DNA from: Lama guanicoe
Taxonomy: Eukaryota
Direction: 5' to 3'
Length of the DNA: 64,000 nucleotides
Assembly (NCBI GenBank): GCA_013239625.1
Contig: MU056116.1
Span: forward strand, 124,001 to 188,000
The notes beneath the pieces were generated by a model. That model had not been told where the DNA came from. It saw only the letters and a list, made by a program, of their open reading frames with translations, and searched no databases. The position numbers and the translations under genes were made by a program. Of this stretch, positions 36,396 to 48,361 are shown in pieces. Within the stretch, counting starts at the first letter, position 1; every line of letters begins with the position of its first letter.

Positions 36396-38604
36396 CATTT
36401 GAAAACCTACTCTTACGAAAATACAAAACCATTGTTTTGGTTTTGCTGGGCGTTCATTCCAGCCATGCTTCCACTCCTGAGATGTTCAAACACCAGAAGG
36501 GGCAGTCACCAAGGCAACAAGTGAGGGGCAGCCCCCTGCTCCTCCACGTATCAGCAGCCTCGGGCGTGGGGACCACCTGGCAGGAAGTCCCCAGGAACTT
36601 CTAAATGCATAGCTGCTAGGTACCTGCTTCCTCTTCCTCCTCCGGGGAACGAGGTGGTTTTGCTCCTCACTCAGAGAATCCCTCCACACCTTTCTTCCCA
36701 GCCCCACCTCTCCCCAGTTCCCGTTATTTTCAAGGTCTTGGTGTTCATTTCACCCCCACCTCACTTTTAAAACAACCACCGCCTTGATTTGCATCCTATG
36801 GCAACTTTCCCTTTGTCAGAGGAAGATCTCCGAGAGCCCACGGCCCCTCTTCCTTCTCTCCCTCCGGCTCCTTGACTCAAATTGTCCAAGAACCGCCACT
36901 GCCAATGACAGCTGGTCACCAAGCCCCGTGGCTTTGTGCCTGGTGGCCCCTGGCCCAGCCTGGAGCGCTGGCCTCGGCCCTGCAGGGGAGTCTGCCCCTA
37001 GCACCTCCACCCGGCTTCTGGTCCCGCCGGGAGGGCAGACGTGGTGCCTCTCGCCGAGGGTGTAATCACAAAGTCAGGAACCATTTCTTACCTCGAAAGC
37101 ATGTTGTTGAGTGGAAATACTTCCAGTTCTTGGAGAGCCGGGTTCCTCAGGGCTCCGTCTGCCACCCTCCAGACACCCGCACCGCCACCCCCACGAGATG
37201 GCCATCACCCAAGTCGGCGCGGTCTTACAGCAGGAGCCAAATCCTCCCCTTCACCCAGTGTGGGCACAAGTCACGGTGCAGATTACACAGCAGGACGTTT
37301 TCCACTGGGGCTCTTGACCCCACTCAGAACACCCTTCCCCAGACGCGCAGTTTATCAGAAGCAGCATTAATGCCCTAAAAGCCCAGAACATATCCCGCAG
37401 TCTCCCCCCTTCTTAAAACAAAATAACACTCCCTCACCCCGAAACCCAAGGCTCACAAAGAGAAGGCTGTGAACACACCACAGGGGCCATTCAGCCCAGC
37501 CGCTGCCGTGGCAGCTCGACAGCTGCAGGGTTTCTAAAGCTACCCTGTCATTCTCAGGCCCTGCTCTCCCCAGAGTGACACCTGCTGCCATGGAGCCAAA
37601 AGATGGCTTCTCGAGTCTCTGGCGGGGGCCAGGAGACCACAGGGTGTTGTCCTGGGACGATCCTGGACAAGCCTGCAGAGCCAAGGGGCCGGGACCTGCC
37701 CCAGAACAGCCTCGGTAACTGGGAGGCCAGGCACCTTGGTCCTCCTGGAGCCTGAGTTCCTGCAGCGTCCAGCCCGCCAGGGCTGCAGCCGCCACACAGG
37801 CGCAGAGCGCCCCGCACATGCACTTGATGGGGAAATGCAGATGATGCCTGGCAAATCCTATGAAATGGGTGTTAACCTAGTCTACACTCCAGGCCGTAAG
37901 GGCAGCTGCCTCTGGGAGATGGGCCGGGGACCTTCTGCTGCTGTTCTTCAGGACTGCCAGGTACCAAAGCAAAAGGCAGCATCTGCTGTCTTGACAAACA
38001 GAAAAATAAACTTATAATTTTTATTCTTGAAAAAACAAGACCGGGGATGAGCCACGGCAGTGGTGCTGACCCCAGGCCCCCGGAGGCTCTGAAGGCTGGC
38101 ACCGATGTGCACGTGGCGCAGGGCCGGCGGGCCATGGATCCCCACCTGCCTGGGGTGGACGGAAGGCGCCCCCCGGCTCCACGTCAGCGCCCACAGAGTA
38201 AGCGCAAGCAGTATCCGGCCCCAGCAGCTGCATGCCATTATCCCATTGCCCCGCGCACCGCCATCCTGTACCAGCCCAGCCTCCAGCCTCTCCTGCCTCT
38301 GGCTGCCCCCACTCTGTGCTCCTCTGCGCCCTCGGCCCTTGCCCATGTTGGATAGCCATTCTCCGCCACAGACAGGCATGCGTCTACTGCAGCGCCGGCG
38401 GGCGGGGACGGAGGGCAGTCTCTGCTGTGGTCACACCGTGGGGGTGAGAAAGGGCAGCAGAGGCACCGCCGAAAGCATATGTTTACCCGAGATGCCTCCG
38501 GACCAGCTCCGAGGTTGAAAACACGCACTGAAACAGTGGGGAAGGGAACGGACCCCGTGAGACCGCGTCCAGGTCAGTCCCAGCCTGCCTGCACCCCCGC
38601 ACTC

Positions 38605-39040
38605 ACTCATTCACCCCTCAGATAGCCGAGCGTTTGCTGCATGCCGGCGTCCTTTCCCTCCTGGAGTTCGCGTTCACGGTAATGACGAGAACCGTGAACG
38701 TGAGTCAACAAGACCATTTCAGGTCGAGGAAGCGCCGTGGGGACAGTGCCACCATCACACAGGCTCAGGCACGGTGCCCAGAGGCACAAGGCTGCTTTGC
38801 CAAGGGCTGCAGGAGGGACGAGAGGGCATATGAGCTGGGATCTGAAGGACAGAAAAAGCTGCCACGTGAAACGGGGAAGAGTGTTCCAGGCAGAGGGAAC
38901 AGCATGTGCAAAGGCCTGAGGCAGGGGCGAGCTGGGTGTGTCCAAGATCCAGAGAAAAGGCCGGAGTGACCGGTGTGCAGGGGGCAGGTATGGGTCCCCG
39001 GTGTTGTGGGATGGGTGGGGCCAGGTCTTACAGGGGAAGA
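38605..39040 (-). mobile_element. L2 fragment
   Basis: cactcattca...ggagttcgcgttc...gggaagagtgttccaggcagagggaacagcatgtgcaaaggcctgagg. Confidence 0.8.
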
Positions 39041-41415
39041 CGGACAGCTCCGCTTTTCCTTTCTGTTTTTTCAGTTGAAGTACAGTCGGTTCACAATGTT
39101 GTGCTAGTTTCTGACAACTCAATTCTTTTTTCTTTCCCGTCTCCCTGCAGATTCACTGTCCCAAACCTTCACCATTTCTAATTCGTTTAATCACTGCTTC
39201 CAAATCAAGGAATCATAACTAAACAGGAAATTCCCTTCAAAATGAGGCGGGTGGTGGGGAGGAGGTGGTCCGGCCGTGACAGGGCTGGAGAGGGGCCAGG
39301 CTGAATCAGTGCCTTAGGCCATAGGAAACATGGTCGGTGATTTGTAAGCCCTTGGAGATAGAACACCTGGTTTTCAGCAACTTCTCAGACCCACCGGGAT
39401 AAACCAGCTTGTGGTTTCTAGAAGTTTGGCCAACCATTCAAATCTGCCAGCCAACGGGATGAGATAGGAGAAGTGCCGGGGAGAGAGGAAGGGAAACTGC
39501 AAAACCAGTTTCACGTTGTCCCACAAATCTGACCTTGTCTCAGCACAACGTTCCTGCCAAGGTCAAGTTTCATTTCCTCGTCTCTAGGAGGGGAGAGGAT
39601 CCCAGATGCGCACTGACCCCTGCCATTACCCAAGGAAGCCACCCGAAAAACCCGCTCTTGGAGACAGTTCCCGAGCTGAAAGATGAAAAGAAACGAGGAT
39701 GAAATGGAAATAAAAGCCACCTCTTAGATTACCGTTTGAGCGTTTTCTAGCTGTAACAGGGGAACAATCAATACTGTTTCTGTTCCATGAAAGAACATCA
39801 TTCCACTGTGGATGCAAAGTCCCAGCGGCAGGCTCGCCCCTGCCTTCTGTGCGAGGTCCATCCACAAGGAGACGGGGCAGCTCGAGCTGGACACAAGGCT
39901 CGAGAATTGATTTCACAGCTGGGCCAGCAGGGCAAGCCCTGAAGGGGAGCCCCTGGGTCCTCAGGGTGCAGGAACCCCTCCCAGCGCCAAGGTAGGTTCT
40001 TCAACTGTCCCCACCCACCCGGCCCCTGTTGTCATGACAACTGCTTCCTCCCCACTGAAGCTGCCATCAGCGATGCCCCAGTGACCTCCTGGTTGCCACT
40101 TCCAGTTCCTGCCTCCCTGCTCTGGGCAATGTTGGTTCTCGTCCCGCTCCACAGGTCCTGCACTTTGAATTACCGTGGGCCACTGTCCAGGGGGCTTTTT
40201 CACGCCCTGCTCCCTACCAGGCTGTGGTGCATGCTCCCTGCAGCAGGGGTCACACCCCTGGGGACTGGTTCCCTTCTGTGCCCTCAGCTCCAGGGTGCAG
40301 CCCAGGATGGGTGTGCAGTGATGAGCCCCGGCTGTCCGCCTCTGTCCACTTGTGCGTCCTCAGACACCCCCAGCTCACAAAAGACGGCTGGTGTGGGGGG
40401 AGGGGGGGAGTCGGAGTGGCAGAAATGCTCACTGGGGTCACCCCTTACAGAAACTGGGAGCGAAAGTGGCTGTCTGGAGTTGGCGGAACAAGGAATAAAA
40501 GCCTACGACCGAGCCACGGGGTTTCCCGCGGGAACAAAAACTAGGGCGGTGTCCACATCAGGAGGATGGGAAGGGACTGAGTCGGCTTCTAGCAGAGAAA
40601 GAAGGCGAAAGAGAACAGGGCAGATTCAACCAGTGCTGCCCCGACGACACTAAGCTTCAAGGTCACCACTCTGAGGCCACCAGAACTGAAGCAACAGTTA
40701 AGAGCGGGTTGCCTGCGGGGCAAGGGACCAGCGCAGAGCTCAGGTCTGCTGGAGGCCGTGAGAGGGGCCAGCAAGAGCCCCACCCCCCCCGGTGGCTTGT
40801 GGGCCGGGGTATCCAGCAGCAGGGCTCCAACGCCCCCCTTCTTATGTCTCAGGATTCCAGTTCCCAGCTTCGCTGGCAAAGTGGAGACTGTCCTCATCCC
40901 AACTCAAACACACCCACAAAGGAGGAAGAGGGAACGACACTGAGAGAGCGGAGAACACTTAAGCGAAGCCTGGAGAGAAGAACCCACCTCGACGTGAAGT
41001 CAGACCCTGGGGCGGTGGTTCACAAAACTTCCGAGGCACAGATCCCGTTGGGAATGTGATGAAAGTAGAGATCTTCTCCCGCGAGCGCTAACCTGGGGCG
41101 GGTGGAGCACGGGCGCCCCTTGCACCGCGACCCGCACCAGGCGTACGGAGATCCATTCTGAAATCCCAGAGCTCACCAGTTCAGCGCGAAGAGACCTGAA
41201 CCACCCTTGCGCGGTGGGTCTGAGTGGTTTGGGGGCCCCACCTGGTCCCCCGTAAATGCCTGTGTCCAGGTGCAGGCTTCAAACCCTGTCCGCGAGTCTC
41301 GGGGAGCGGAGGGGAGCCCTGACACTGGTCCACTGACTCACGACTCCAGGCCCGAGCCCACGCGTGTCGGGGAAAGGGGACGGCGCCGCGAGTCCCAGCC
41401 CCGCCGGGCACTCAC

Positions 41416-43778
41416 CATCATGAGCTCCTTCTGGAAGGACTTGCGGTCCTTGTTCTCCGTGTTGTTACAGTCCTCCTTCAGCTTCTCCAGAACGGACGCC
41501 ACGCGCTCGGGCTCGCTGTCCAGCTCGGCGCGGCAGAAGCAGGTGAGTGGCAGGTCGCCGTAGCCCAGGGCGTCGGCGAAGGAGCGCCAGCTGCTGACGT
41601 TCTCCATGAGCTGCGTGCGCACCGAGGCGTAGATGTAGGTGAGGAACTTGCAGGGTCGCAGGATCTGCTCCAGCAGCACCGACGTGCTCAGCTCGGGCCC
41701 GGAGAGGAGGCTGGGCCGGGCCTTGCCCACCACGAGCACGTTCTTGGCGTGCACGAGGCCCACCCGGCCCTGGTGGTAGCCGATGTACCACTCCTTGGTC
41801 CACAGCTGGCCCTTCAGCCGGACCTTCTCCTCGCTGAGCAGGGCGATGGTGTCGCCCTTCTTGTACTCCAGCAGGTAGTGGTTCTTGCTCTGCCGCACCA
41901 CCGTCTTGAGTAACTTGCCGAACTTGAGGCTGGACACGGGGCGGTCCTGGAAAGTCGGGTACTTGGTGGTGGCGGCGAACGGGGACAGAATGATCTTGCC
42001 AACTTCGTTCTTCTTGAGAAACCGTCTCTGCCCGGATGGCTTGATGGCACTTTTTGGAGGGGGCTGGGGCGTCTGGACGCAAAACTGGGTCAGGATGGCC
42101 TCCTGGTCGTCTTTCACCTGCACCCTCAAGGTGAAGTCGGAGAGCTCGCCAGGGTTCTGGCAGGTGATGGGGAAGATGAGGCGGCTGACCTTGCCCAGCT
42201 TCACCTGGAACCCGCGCACAGCTTTGGCCTGCTCACTGGCTCTGACCTCGTAGTTGGTCATGTTGGAGAACATGCAGACCTGGAGATCCTGGGGCCGGGA
42301 CAAGACGAACTGGTGCTTGCCCCAGAGCTGCAGCGCCACTGGGGCAGGGCTCGGGGCCTGGCGGGTGACCTCGCTGACCAGTAGCGTCTTGGGGGCACAA
42401 TCATGCCCAAAAATGGTCACCACCGTCTTGAAGGATGGGTGAATGTGTTTGGGGCCATAGAGACCCACGGTGACTTTTTTATGGATGAAGTCCCAGACCG
42501 TGGAAGGGTAGAGGATGTTCGGGCCGTGGGCAACGATGGCCAGGTACATGCAGGGCTCCAGGTTGTCCAGCTGGACCTGGACCGTGTCCCCGTAGCTGTA
42601 GGTGAGTGGGATGGGGACATATGGCCCTTCCTTTGAGTCGCTCCTCAGGCACTGGAGGCCCACTGTGCTTTTGCTGAAAATGTCATTTTTCACCTCGGCT
42701 GAAACCTTCATCTCCAAGATGAGATGGGTCTTCACCTCCAGGGTGCTCAGCTTCACCTCCAGCACCGGGCTGACGCTGCTGCACCTGTCGCTGTTGAGTT
42801 CCAGCGGGGGGTCCAGCAGGGCCTTCATGGAGATCTGCTGCGTCTCCCCTGGGGCCACGTGGCCTTCGGGCACGTGGATGCTGATGTTGGTGTCGGGGAG
42901 CTGCACGGCGCCCCCCGAACTATCCAGCTTGCACACGATGTTCGTCTCCACCGCCTGGGTCTGGCCCCACCCGGGACTCTGGCCCAGCAAGTCCAAGTCG
43001 TGGCAAGACCGGGCCAGCTTCCGGTGGCTCAACCAGGCGGCGCGGAAGTCTTCCCGGCTCTGGAACTGCTCGGGGGCCGGCGATTTCAAGCCTGTGAAAA
43101 ACCCCGAAGACGCGGGCGCGTCGGACTTGGCTTGGAGGACGGAGAGTTCCGACAGGCTGTAGGAACGTTTGCTTCGGAAGAACGGGTTGTCCCGCTTGAC
43201 CGGCAGCTCCGTGTGGAGTCGGTGTGTGGCCGGCAGCTCGTCGAAGATGTCGCCGATGCTGTTGGTGGTCGCAGAGCTGGACTCGGTGAAAGCGGACGTG
43301 CCCGTGTCGAAGAGGAGCAGGTCCACGGTGCTCTTGGGAGTCAGCTCGTCCACGCTGCTGGGCATCGCCGGCACGTTCCCATTGAGGAACGGGTTGGTCT
43401 GGACCCCGTTCCAGAAAGGGTTGTTACTGTAGGGTCTGCTTGGCCCCTTCTTGTCTTCTGCCCACCCTCCGAGCAGATCCAGCGCCTTGGCTGCCTCATC
43501 GGGGCTGTCTGGAAGATTGTCGATCATCCCACTGTCACTCAGCGTGGAGTTCCGGTAGTTCAGGGGCTGCACGTAGGAGGAAGGGATGTAGCCCATCTCC
43601 GTGGTGTTGTGTGCGTACCACCACTCCCCGCCCGACGTGTCCAGGACGTAGAGGTGGTCCCCCTTGGAGAACTTCAGGGTGGTGAAGTTGGTTGGGCAGT
43701 AGTCCTTGATGGCGACCACTTCCTTTGCATTTCCGAAAGGCGTGGGATTGTCTGCTAGCAAGGCACTGGGAGAAGGCA
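41416..43778 (-). CDS. SH3BP4: SH3BP4 large internal coding exon (2363 nt): SH3, three NPF motifs, ZU5/UPA region, second SH3, start of death-domain-like region
   Basis: Core of ORF 41338..43971. Acceptor TTTTGCACAG|TGCCT, where G|TG = Val continues the frame; donor ATGATG|GTGAGT. SH3: VVAIKDY...[20 protein letters not shown]...[11 protein letters not shown] codons at 43414-43422, 43387-43395 and 43180-43188. RSKRSYSL basophilic kinase/14-3-3-type motif. ZU5 start: [24 protein letters not shown]. Confidence 0.98.
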
Positions 43779-46700
43779 CTGTGCAAAACACAAAGAACAG
43801 GAGGTGAGGGCGGGGCCTGCGGGGGGCGGGGAGGGCGTGAGGCCGAGCCTTGCCCGAAACCAGGGAGAAAGGAGAAAGGAGGTCTGAGGAACAAACACCA
43901 CTGATGTGTAGACAATGAGTCGGGCAAGTTACGAACAAACAAACCGAAGTGAAATCTGGGGTGTGATTCACCTGGCTAACAGCCTAACTCAAGCCTCGTC
44001 CTCCCAAATTCCGTCACGTCCCAACGCACAAAGTCGGGTGGAAAGGCCAGGAGGAGTCTCTCCACCATCCACGGACGCGCCCATCAGCACAATGCAACAG
44101 TCAACATGTCCCCAGGTCTTAAACGTTTCATTTTGACCAAATCTTTATGCAACTAACTTACCGGGATGGCTGCTGGGTCAAAAGAGAAGCTCAAGGTGAT
44201 TCACTGGGAAAAACGGAGTGATGGTAAGTTAAGTGACCCACCGCATACAACCAGGGACTGGAAAGGACCCTCAGGAGAACCTCTCCGTGTTTAAGAGCTG
44301 ATTCTGCTTTCTGCCTTCAGCATGAAACACGTAAACTGAGGGCAGGGTTCCCCTGACAATCAGGCCTGGTTCTTAGTTTCCAAGTTGAACCCATTCTTCA
44401 TCCAACTGTTCATATGAAATAAGATTTCTGAGGTCGGTCTCTTTCAGCCTCTGCAAAATGACCATTCAGGGCAACAGTGTGGAAGTGGCCTCTCCCTCAC
44501 TCCTTGGAAACGGAAAGTTTAGGTCTAGTCACACCTCACGTTATGTCTGAACAGCTCCCTAAGCAATCTGAAAAATCCCAACACTTTAAACCGTGACTCA
44601 AGCTAATTTATAGTTCTTGGCATTCAGCCTTGTTACCGATGTAGACAGCAACTGGACCAGCAAAAGCGAAAGTCATCGAAACGAGTAGGGTGTGTTTTGA
44701 AAAGTAACGGATAATTAAAAGCTGAGTGTTTTCTCTCCCTCCCATACATGACAGAGGACCTACACCCAGGAGACGAAGAAACTCCTTTCTGATGGAAATA
44801 AGCCCGTGTGTTTCTCCCCAGACCCTACCCCAACTGCGCTGTGTTTTGCCGAGTTTGCTGAAATTCTGCCTTCCTGTAACAAAGAGAGTAAACTTTTTTC
44901 AGTTGCTTATGTAAACCAGCAGAGAAAGGACTACATTTTTAGTCAAACTACACCTACATCTTGTCTAATATATGACTGAGTCAACAGGCATCCTATGCTA
45001 TCAGACGGGCCCCCTCCAGAAAACAGCCACCTGCCGCTTTCCCTGTCCTTTAGAAGGAAATAAAGAAAATCAAATCGTGCTTCCTTGGTGCAGACTCAGA
45101 GAGCAACGCAGGAAGTTTCTAATGCTTTACGTTGCCTAACTTCAAGAGACGATGCTTGGCGGGGAGTGTACCTGGCACTTGAAGGCTGTCACCTACCACC
45201 CTCTGTCCGGGGTGTCGGGAGAATCTGACTCGGGGGTCCCGCGACCTGGGTTTTTCATCCCTGGAGCCTGAGATTCCTCATGATGGAGAAAAACCGTCTT
45301 TCCTGCGCGGGCTCTGGGGAGGAGTGAAGGAGACGACGCTGACGGAGTGATTCGCATGATGACGGTTAGTTCACGCAAGGACCAGCAGAGCGTCATGTTT
45401 AAGTAGGCAGCTCCACCCTCCTCCCAATTTAACTTCTCTCCATTGTATTTACCATCAACCCATATGAAATGGACCTTATGTATTTCTTTGTTTTTTTCGG
45501 GGGTGGACTCTATCGCCCCATGAGGGTGTGAGCTCTGTTAGGGGACGTTTTGCTTGGCGGTGTCCCAGGAACGGGACCTGTGTCACATAGCAGGTGCTCA
45601 CTAAGTGTTCGTGGAGTGAATGCTCATCTTGGAGGCTTACAACAGAGAAGCCACACCCCTGTTCCTGGAACAAGACGTTGGCCAAAGGCAAAGCCAGTGT
45701 CCCTGGCCGTGACCCACTGCTGCAAGACCACACCAGAGAGAAGCCACTCGACACTGAAGCGGGGGCCAGGAGTAAAACAGCCAAGTCAGACAGAGTGGCT
45801 TCGAGAGGGTGGGAGCAGAGAGGTGGTTCAGCTGGGGTCGCGTGACGGTGCACGAGCTTCTCACCCCCTGTTTTCTGGTCAGAGGCTCCAGTGATACAAA
45901 CCGCTTTTTGTTTCCTTGACACAACTAATGAAAACATCACTGAAACATTAAAACCAAATGAAAATGAAAGAAAGCTTGCCCGTTATTAAAATCTTGTTAG
46001 AATCCCTCAAAAGCTATACCCCTATTATTATGTTCCTCCAGGATAATTCCCTTATAGTAATATTTTTAAAATTAAAATCCAAAGCTATTAAGCAGGCTTT
46101 GATTGTAGCTAAAGAAAATGTATCAGTGCAAATGATCACTTAGGTCTTAACCAGACTGAAGAATAAAAATGGTTTTACTTAAAATTCCAAGCACTCTCCT
46201 TAGAAGAGTAGCGGTAATGGATGTCACCCAAGGACTGAGCTCGTCCAGCGGGGGATGGCGCCCCTTCCCGTCGGCCCGCCCCCTCCTCCTGACCCCTGGA
46301 GGTGGACTGTGGTGTGAGCTCCCTTCTAAGACCCGCCACTGAGCACCTGGGGACGTGAGGCTGGGGCTTCCATCCAATCGAACGCAGGAAAATCCCTATT
46401 GGAGTCCATCTTAATGAATTCTGCAGGGTGTCGCCCAGATTCACAGCTACTTTGATTTTAATACAAAAAAAAAAATCCTTGAGTGTCAGGAGGTTCACTG
46501 CACTGAATAATACATCTCCTGTCCTCCTGCCTCAGTTCTTACGCAGGAAAGCGTTAACCAGGGGCAGATTTTGCAGCAGATACCCTGGCTGGAACAGAGT
46601 CCCACCTTGAAGCCTGCTGACCATCGGGATGTGTGGGAAGCCCTCGGGCTGGAATGCTGCCCTGGGAGGGGAGTCCAGAGGGTCCCTGCGTCCTCCCCCC

Positions 46701-47530
46701 GGGCACCCCCCTCCCCCAAGCTAACCTCCCCACATGCAAGCTGCACTATTCTCTTAGGAATAACAGTTCCTCCCACATCATTATCATTATTGTTCAAAAT
46801 TCAGCTCTCTGCCCCTCGTTTCAAAATCCCAGCCCAAACCCCACAACCGACGCCTCTAGTTTCCGGCTTTCACCACGAAAGCTGGGTTATACAGTGAGAA
46901 AACAAGGTCCATCTTGGACTATGAACAATAAATGGCTGGGTTATTTACAGCAACGCCTAACAGGTCTGCTGCTCTTAGTAATAAAAATCTCATGATCGCA
47001 TTGCTAGCCTTCTCTTTAAAAGAACATTTAAAGCAATGCTCAGGGCCGCAAGCACAAAGGCCAGGCGGGAAGAGGAAGATCGTGAGGACAACTGGAGAGA
47101 GAAGGAAGGGAGAAACGTGTACACGACTCTTAGTTCCTTGGGGCGCAGCGTCACAATTTTACCTGGGAGATGGCAGTTCAGTTCAAGAAATGTTTATTCA
47201 GCTCCGACATCGTGCCGGGGGCTAAGGATGTAAAAGTAAAGACGGCACTGCTCAGCCGTCTCTGGGGAGCCCAGTGGATAATCTCAGCAGAACCCGGGGA
47301 CGCGGTGGGAGAGTCAGCCGATGATGATGAGGACGAGGACAAAGACGCGGCCCAGGATGCCAGGAAGCTCACAGAAGGCACTGGCCACGGCTCGTGAGGG
47401 CAGGGTGGACTTCCAGGAAGAAAACGACCCACCGGTACCCACCTCGGTGTCCAGAAGCTAGGTTTTCTCATCAGCCCAGTTGTACGTGGCTGTTAGGGAA
47501 GCTCAGACTCAGAGCGATTAACCTCTGCAC

Positions 47531-47745
47531 CAGGGGGTGGCAAACTAAGGCCCCCGGGGCCAAGTCCAGCCGGCTGTTTCTGTAAAGTTTCGCTGGAACA
47601 CAGCCACGTCCGTCTGTCCACTCTCCTCCACGGCTGCTTTCTCGGCGCAATGGTGGAGCTGAAGAGCTGGACAGAGGCCATGCGGCCTGCCAGGACTCAA
47701 GGATTTACTATCTGATCTTCTACAGAGAAAGCCTGCTGACCCCTG
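47531..47745 (+). mobile_element. Full-length MER58A-like hAT-Charlie MITE
   Basis: Terminal inverted repeats CAGGGG...CCCCTG. Internal ggaacacagccacg and atttactatctg...tacagagaaag. 8-bp flanks CTCTGCAC and TTCTAGAC resemble the hAT NTCTAGAN target. Confidence 0.85.
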
Positions 47746-48115
47746 TTCTAGACCCTCCTTTTATTCTCCAGGGACTCTCAGTATTTCCTCGACTTACCAC
47801 ACCCTCCTGGTTTTCTGTACCACCAAGCTCCTAGCTTCCTGTCACCAAAATGCACAAAAAGAGAAAACATACTCTGCATTAAGGAGTTTCATTACAAAGG
47901 GAAAATTCAAAACAACCTCCAAACACATCAAAAGACCAAACCACGACAAGTGGTCACTGTTCGGGGCCGACTTTCTAACACGGTGAAGTTCGGAGAGCTA
48001 ACATGGAACTATCTGAGCGTGAACTTAGCAGCCTGGAAGCAGAAGGGTCCCTGGGTCTCAGAGCCCGTGCAAACCCCGTCTTCGCCCTCAGCCCGTCCTG
48101 TGCCCAGGAGCTCAC

Positions 48116-48233
48116 CTTTCACATCGTTAAAGCTCGATTCTGAAAACCCTTCGCTCAGGTCGATCAAGGTGCCCTCGGACTTGCACCGCGGGAGGCCGCT
48201 GGAGTTGGCAGCTCGGATCCGCTGAGCTGCCAT
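48116..48233 (-). CDS. SH3BP4: SH3 domain-binding protein 4, first coding exon (118 nt of CDS)
   Basis: ATG at 48233 in strong Kozak context (aagATGG). Translates to [39 protein letters not shown], the recognisable SH3BP4 N-terminus with an LIDL clathrin-box-like motif. Donor AAAG|GTGAG at 48116/48115, phase 1. Confidence 0.97.
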
Positions 48234-48361
48234 CTTCAACCTCTCTTCCCAGGCGACCTGCTAAGGTTTCATATTCCTCCTTCCAGCTACTCCAGCCGCT
48301 GCTGAGGCTTCTGTCTCAGGCAACCATGCTGCACAGTGTCGGCTTTGCAACGTGCTTCTTC
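48234..48361 (-). other. SH3BP4: 5'UTR part of the SH3BP4 start-codon exon
   Basis: Polypyrimidine tract and acceptor TTTTCTTCCCCTGCTTTCAG|GAAG, with the exon starting at 48361. This gives a 246-nt exon and implies upstream non-coding exon(s). Confidence 0.8.

Noticed and set aside
41465-42082. 205-aa same-strand alternative-frame ORF
   Set aside because: TTG start, no internal Met, and low-complexity R/G/P/A composition typical of GC-rich off-frames.
42724-43758. 344-aa antisense ORF and other shadow ORFs over the large exon
   Set aside because: Expected by-product of GC3-biased codons opposite a real CDS, with no recognisable domain.
43779-43971. N-terminal 64 codons of the 877-aa ORF
   Set aside because: Starts at GTG in intronic, pyrimidine-rich sequence. 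The real frame enters by splicing at 43778.
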